Position numbers and translations under genes: made by a program | Notes under the pieces: model-generated | Seen by the model: only the letters and a program-made list of their open reading frames with translations | Databases searched by the model: none | What the model was told of the DNA's origin: nothing | Shown here: one piece after another, positions 59,351-64,000 of the stretch | How positions within the stretch are numbered: position 1 is the first letter of the stretch | How the letters are laid out: each line of letters starts with the position of its first letter | Assembly (NCBI GenBank): GCA_965207735.1 | Contig: OZ242296.1 | Span: forward strand, 1,216,001-1,280,000 | From: Candidatus Versatilivorator sp. | GTDB lineage: Bacteria > Acidobacteriota > Terriglobia > Versatilivoradales > Versatilivoraceae | Direction: 5' to 3' | Length of the DNA: 64,000 nt

Positions 59351-59881
59351 ATGCTCCGCTCCCACTTCGTAAATACCTCACGATTGGCGCTGATGGGCGC
59401 CTGGCTGATGGGTACGGCCTTCCTTTGGGTGGTGGCCACCGAGAACTTCCGTCGTGTGGACACTGTTCTGAGCGGTCCCAACAAGCAATTCCACCAAAGG
59501 CTGGAGCCTCTGCCGGCCGGTGATTCCCGCCTGGTCCTGCGTTTCCTGGCCTCCGAGCTCAATCGTTTCTATTTCACCTCCTGGGGCTGGTCTCAGCTGG
59601 TCCTTGGAGGAGTGGTCCTGATCCTGAGTTGGCGCCTGGCGGCGGACCGTTTCGACCTGGGGCTGCTCGGCGCCATGTGGCTGCTGTCGGCCATCCTGGC
59701 AGTCTGGGTGACCCCTTCCCTCATCGAAATCGGCCGCCAGGTCGACTTCGTCCCCCGATCTCCGCCACCGCCGCAGCTGGAAGCCTTCTGGCGCTACCAT
59801 CTTGCCTACACCTCGACCGATCTGGTCAAGTTCGGGGCCGGCCTGCTCTGGCTGCTTCGAACCGGGCTGAAGCGGGCCTGA
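59351..59881 (+). CDS. Membrane protein (DUF4149-like)
   Basis: Four hydrophobic helices; FWRYH near the C-terminus. Confidence 0.65.
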   Translation: MLRSHFVNTSRLALMGAWLMGTAFLWVVATENFRRVDTVLSGPNKQFHQRLEPLPAGDSRLVLRFLASELNRFYFTSWGWSQLVLGGVVLILSWRLAADRFDLGLLGAMWLLSAILAVWVTPSLIEIGRQVDFVPRSPPPPQLEAFWRYHLAYTSTDLVKFGAGLLWLLRTGLKRA

Positions 59882-59947
59882 GGCCCCGCCAGCAACCGGG
59901 AGGCTGACTTCCCTGTCCCACCGGATCGGCGACACTGTTTCCGTGCC

Positions 59948-60757
59948 ATGGCTACTTTCGCAATCGGCGACATTCACGGATGCTTCCGGACCCTGCAGCA
60001 CCTCGTGAAAGCCATCCGGTTCGACCCCGGAAGGGATCGACTCTGGCTGGTCGGCGACCTGGTCAACCGAGGACCGGGATCCCTGGAGGTCCTTCGCTGG
60101 GTCAGACAGCTCGGCGATCGAGCCGTGTGCGTTCTGGGAAACCACGACCTGAAGCTGCTGGCCTGCCACCTGGGAATTCGGTCTTCCCTGAAGAACCCTC
60201 AACTGAGCTCGATACTGGCCGCCCCGGACTGCCGGGAACTGCTCGCCTGGCTCAGAAGTCGGCCTCTCGTGCACTGCGAAGAAGGGTATGTCCTGGTTCA
60301 CGCCGGTCTGCTGCCGGAATGGACGGTCGAGGAAGCAATCCAACTGGGAGCGGAGATTCAACAGCGCCTGATGGGCTCGGGGGCTGTGGAGCTGCTGCAG
60401 GTCCTGTCGGCGAGAGAGCTGGACGGGAACAAGGAGAAGGAGAAAGTACCCGGGGCATTGCGACTGGCAACGGCCCTCAGGGCCATGACCCAATTGAGGA
60501 CGCTCAACCCGGACGCCGGCATGGACCTCAGCTTCGTGGGGCCGCCGGCGGAGATGCCGGACACTCTCATCCCCTGGTTTTCATTCCCGGGGCGGCGCAA
60601 CGGCTCCGCCACTGTTGTCTTCGGGCATTGGGCCGCCCTGGGGCTGTTTCGGGCGCCCGGAATCGCAGGCCTCGACAGCAACTGCGTCCGGGGAGGACGG
60701 CTGACGGCCATGCGACTGGAGGACGGCAGGATTTTTCAGCAGGAATTTGCGGATTAA
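59948..60757 (+). CDS. apaH: Symmetrical diadenosine tetraphosphatase
   Basis: GDIHGC, GDLVNRGP, LGNHD and FGHWAAL motifs. Confidence 0.92.
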   Translation: MATFAIGDIHGCFRTLQHLVKAIRFDPGRDRLWLVGDLVNRGPGSLEVLRWVRQLGDRAVCVLGNHDLKLLACHLGIRSSLKNPQLSSILAAPDCRELLAWLRSRPLVHCEEGYVLVHAGLLPEWTVEEAIQLGAEIQQRLMGSGAVELLQVLSARELDGNKEKEKVPGALRLATALRAMTQLRTLNPDAGMDLSFVGPPAEMPDTLIPWFSFPGRRNGSATVVFGHWAALGLFRAPGIAGLDSNCVRGGRLTAMRLEDGRIFQQEFAD

Positions 60758-62139
60758 CTTCGCTTGAATTCTCCCAGCACGGCGTTGAGGCTGCTCTTGG
60801 CGTCTCCGAAGAGCATGCGGGTGTTGTCCTTGTAGAACAGGGGGTTCTCGATCCCCGCAAACCCGGCTGCCATCGACCGCTTCAACACGATCACCACCCT
60901 GGCCCGGTCAACCTCGATGATGGGCATCCCGTAAATGGGACTTTCGGAGTCGTCCCTGGCGGCGGGGTTGACCACGTCATTGGCTCCAATCACCACACAC
61001 ACGTCCACCGTCTCCATGGTGGGGTTGACGTCCTCCATTTCCACCAGAAGATCGTAGGACACGTTGGCCTCTGCCAGCAGGACGTTCATATGTCCCGGCA
61101 TCCGGCCGGCCACCGGATGGACGGCATAGCGGACGTCACAGCCATTGTCCTCCAGGAGTTCCCCCAACTCCATCACCCCGTGTTGGGCCTGGGCGACCGC
61201 CAGGCCGTAGCCCGGCACGAAAACCACCGAGCGGGCGGCTTCCAGGATGAAATAGGTGTCCTCGGCCGAGATGGGCCGGGGATCGCCACCGGTCCCCTTG
61301 CGGGTTTTTCCGGCAACGGCTCCGAAACCGCTGAACAGCACGTTGGTGAGAGACCGGTTCATGGCTTTGCACATGATATTGGTCAGTATGAGACCGCTGG
61401 CTCCCACCAACGCACCGGCAACGATCAGGATGTTGTTGAGGATCACAAACCCGGCCGCGCAGGCTGCCAGCCCGGAATAGCTGTTGAGAAGCGCGATGAC
61501 CACCGGCATGTCGGCCCCACCGATGGGGACAACCACCATGATGCCGAGGAGAAACGCCGAGGCCATCAGGACCAGGAACAGCGTCTGGCTCTCCGGGGAA
61601 TCGAGACCGTAGAGCAGGCCGCCCACGCAGAGGAACGCCAGCAACAGGAGATTAATCGGCTGCTGACCCGGAAAAAGCAGCGGCCTGCTGAGGCGAACGG
61701 ATCGCCAACCGATCTCCCTCAGCTTGCCCCAGGCCACCAGGCTGCCGCTGAAGGTGACCCCGCCGATAACGACCGCCAGCAGAATGGTCACCGCACTCAA
61801 CGGGTCCTGCAACGGCTGGCGATGGTAGGCCTCCCAGCCCACCAGCAGGCTGGCTCCCCCGCCAAAGCCGTTGAACAACGCCACCAGTTCCGGCATCTCG
61901 GTGAGTTGCAGGCGGGTTGCCGCCAGGGATCCAATAGCTGAACCGACGACGACTCCCAGCAGGATCCACTGGTATTCCACTACCCCCGTATGCAGCAAGG
62001 TGACAACCACGGTCAGGAGCATGGCGCAGGCAGAGGCCAGGTTCCCCAAGCGGGCCGTGTCGGGGGAACTCATCAACTTCAGGCCCAGGGCAAACAGGAA
62101 GGCCGCCAGCAGGTAAGCCAATTGGATGTAAACGCTCAC
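60754..62139 (-). CDS. pntB: NAD(P) transhydrogenase beta subunit
   Basis: GGADMPVVI, HPVAGRMPGHMNV and GANDVVN motifs. Confidence 0.97.
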   Translation of the reverse strand: MSVYIQLAYLLAAFLFALGLKLMSSPDTARLGNLASACAMLLTVVVTLLHTGVVEYQWILLGVVVGSAIGSLAATRLQLTEMPELVALFNGFGGGASLLVGWEAYHRQPLQDPLSAVTILLAVVIGGVTFSGSLVAWGKLREIGWRSVRLSRPLLFPGQQPINLLLLAFLCVGGLLYGLDSPESQTLFLVLMASAFLLGIMVVVPIGGADMPVVIALLNSYSGLAACAAGFVILNNILIVAGALVGASGLILTNIMCKAMNRSLTNVLFSGFGAVAGKTRKGTGGDPRPISAEDTYFILEAARSVVFVPGYGLAVAQAQHGVMELGELLEDNGCDVRYAVHPVAGRMPGHMNVLLAEANVSYDLLVEMEDVNPTMETVDVCVVIGANDVVNPAARDDSESPIYGMPIIEVDRARVVIVLKRSMAAGFAGIENPLFYKDNTRMLFGDAKSSLNAVLGEFKRS

Positions 62140-62435
62140 TGGCGGTCACCACGCTTCTTCTTGAACATGGCCAGCATCCGCTGAGTCACCAGGTAACCCC
62201 CGACCACGTTGATGGTGGCCAGCGCAACCGCGGCCGTTCCCAGACCGATGCTGAGAGGAGTGCTGTCGGCGGCCCCGGCGGCCAACAGGGCACCGACCAG
62301 CGTAATTCCGGAAATGGCGTTGGAGCCCGACATCAGGGGGGTGTGCAGCGTCGACGGCACCTTGGAAATCAACTCGAGACCCAGGAAGACGGCAAGCATC
62401 AGGATGAACATCAAAAAGATCAGGTCTCCGGACAT
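62136..62435 (-). CDS. pntA: NAD(P) transhydrogenase alpha-2 subunit
   Basis: LHTPLMSGSNAISG motif. Confidence 0.95.
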   Translation of the reverse strand: MSGDLIFLMFILMLAVFLGLELISKVPSTLHTPLMSGSNAISGITLVGALLAAGAADSTPLSIGLGTAAVALATINVVGGYLVTQRMLAMFKKKRGDRQ

Positions 62436-62444
62436 GAGATCTCC

Positions 62445-63581
62445 TCAGCGATTGGCAGACGGGTTGATTCCCTCATACAAGATGCGGCCCTGGTGGGTAA
62501 CCAGGCAAGGGCCAAGCACCTCGTGGTTCAAATCCAGACGCAGACGGGGCTTCCCTTCGTCCAGGCATTCCCCGATGAGGTGGAAGAGGTTGCTGGAATA
62601 CACCTGACTGGCGTGGGCGGCGACCCTGCCCGGCAGGTTGGCCAAGCCGATGATTTTCACTCCCCCCGTCTCAACGATTCGATCCGTTTCCGAACCCTCC
62701 ACGTTGCCCCCGCGCTCCACGGCCAGGTCCACCACCACGCTGCCCGGTCTCATGCGGTTCAGGGATTGCGCGGTGATCAACCGGGGCGCCTGGCGGCCAA
62801 ACACCTGGGCCGTGGTGATCACCACATCCGCCTGCGCGCAGACGGTGGCCAACGCCTCCTGTTGCCGGTCCAACTGGTCGCCGGAAAGCGCCCGCGCATA
62901 TCCTTGCCTGGTCTCGCCGGTGTCGCCCAGATCGATCTTCACAAAGCGGGCTCCCAGCGACTTGACCTGCTCTTCCACCGCCGGCCGCGTGTCGTAGGCC
63001 TCGACCCGAGCTCCCAGCCTCTTGGCCGTGGCTATGGCCTGGAGGCCTGCCACTCCCGCACCGAGCACGAACACCCGCGCCGGAAAGATGGTGCCGGCCG
63101 GGGTGGTCATCATGGGGAAAATCTTGTCCAGGGCCTCGGCCGCCAAGATCACCGCCACATACCCGGCCAGGCTGGCCTGCGAACTCAAGGCATCCATCTT
63201 TTGAGCCCGGGTGGATCGCGGAATCAGTTCCATGCTGATGGCGCCGATCCCCCGACTCCTCATCTGTTCGATCAACCCGGAAGCCTGGAACGGATCCAGG
63301 AAACCGATGGAAAGACAACCGTCGCGAAGCCGGGCCAGGTCTTCCGCGGGAAGGGATCGAACTCCCACAACCAGGTCGGCAGCCGCCAGCATGTGTTCCC
63401 GACGGGTTGAGACCTCGGCCCCGACGGACCGATAGGCCTCGTCCGGGCAGCCTGCGCCCGACCCCGCTGAAGCCTCCACGGAAACCTCTATTCCCTTGCG
63501 GACCAGCCGTTCGACGTCGTCGGGAATCAACGCGACCCGCCGCTCTCCCTGATGGCATTCCCGCGGTACGACGATTTTCAT
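62445..63581 (-). CDS. pntA: NAD(P) transhydrogenase alpha-1 subunit
   Basis: ERRVAL, RAQKMDALSS and GAGVAGL motifs. Confidence 0.95.
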   Translation of the reverse strand: MKIVVPRECHQGERRVALIPDDVERLVRKGIEVSVEASAGSGAGCPDEAYRSVGAEVSTRREHMLAAADLVVGVRSLPAEDLARLRDGCLSIGFLDPFQASGLIEQMRSRGIGAISMELIPRSTRAQKMDALSSQASLAGYVAVILAAEALDKIFPMMTTPAGTIFPARVFVLGAGVAGLQAIATAKRLGARVEAYDTRPAVEEQVKSLGARFVKIDLGDTGETRQGYARALSGDQLDRQQEALATVCAQADVVITTAQVFGRQAPRLITAQSLNRMRPGSVVVDLAVERGGNVEGSETDRIVETGGVKIIGLANLPGRVAAHASQVYSSNLFHLIGECLDEGKPRLRLDLNHEVLGPCLVTHQGRILYEGINPSANR

Positions 63582-64000
63582 GGACAGACTCCTCCGAGGG
63601 GAAGGGACCGGGCCGGCGGACAGCAACTCACCGCCATCGGGCCGGGAAAAATGGCCTCAAGGAGGCACCCGGTTGCCCGAACCGCGCTGAACCTCCAGGT
63701 TCGCATTTTCGACAGCCTGGGGCTAGAAAAAACGGCGCCGCTCCAGCCGACTCTGCTGTTGGAGGGTTGGGACCCGGATCCGGCGCCGAAAAACCGATCG
63801 TGCCTTTGGCCGCGACCCGGAGTCGGCCATCATACTCGAAGACAATCCGGTGACCGAAGAAAAACTCAAGCTGGGCAGTCATCCTTTCTTCAGAGCCTGG
63901 ATTTCCATCGACCACTGAATTTCCCGGTCCTTCCGCCACCTTCTTGCGAAGGGTCTTGCCGATCCCGGGCAGCTATAAGCAGGCGCCGGCAGAAAACCGG

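Noticed and set aside
63628-64000. CDS at the right edge
   Set aside because: Short ORFs without recognisable motifs; cannot be resolved at the window boundary.

Overview
GC-rich bacterial chromosome segment. The gene content and order (valS-nadC-birA-coaX, PASTA-rpe-bamD, TPR/secretin/cohesin with two pseudopilins, DUF1553/DUF1501 pair) suggest Acidobacteriota; this is an inference. Most genes are housekeeping or transport: TetR-RND efflux, UbiD, ApbC+DUF971, RlmD, SLT, YbbAP/TesA, ThiG, SurE, SufE/rhodanese, M2 peptidase, MsrB, ApaH and PntAB. The intergenic DNA carries at least five families of REP/MITE-like repeats. The strongest signal is an intact group II intron (21191-23185, minus strand) inserted precisely into one unit of a modular tandem repeat array between birA and coaX. 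Matching empty target sites lie in neighbouring units and in two other copies of the array, and the putative EBS1 pairs with the repeat. A small AT-richer islet next to tRNA-Ala(CGC) holds an orphan holin-like/CHAP pair, toxin-antitoxin genes and gene remnants. A DnaD-like hypothetical protein and a nucleoside hydrolase with no canonical start codon also stand out. All calls were made by eye from motifs; no database searches were run.
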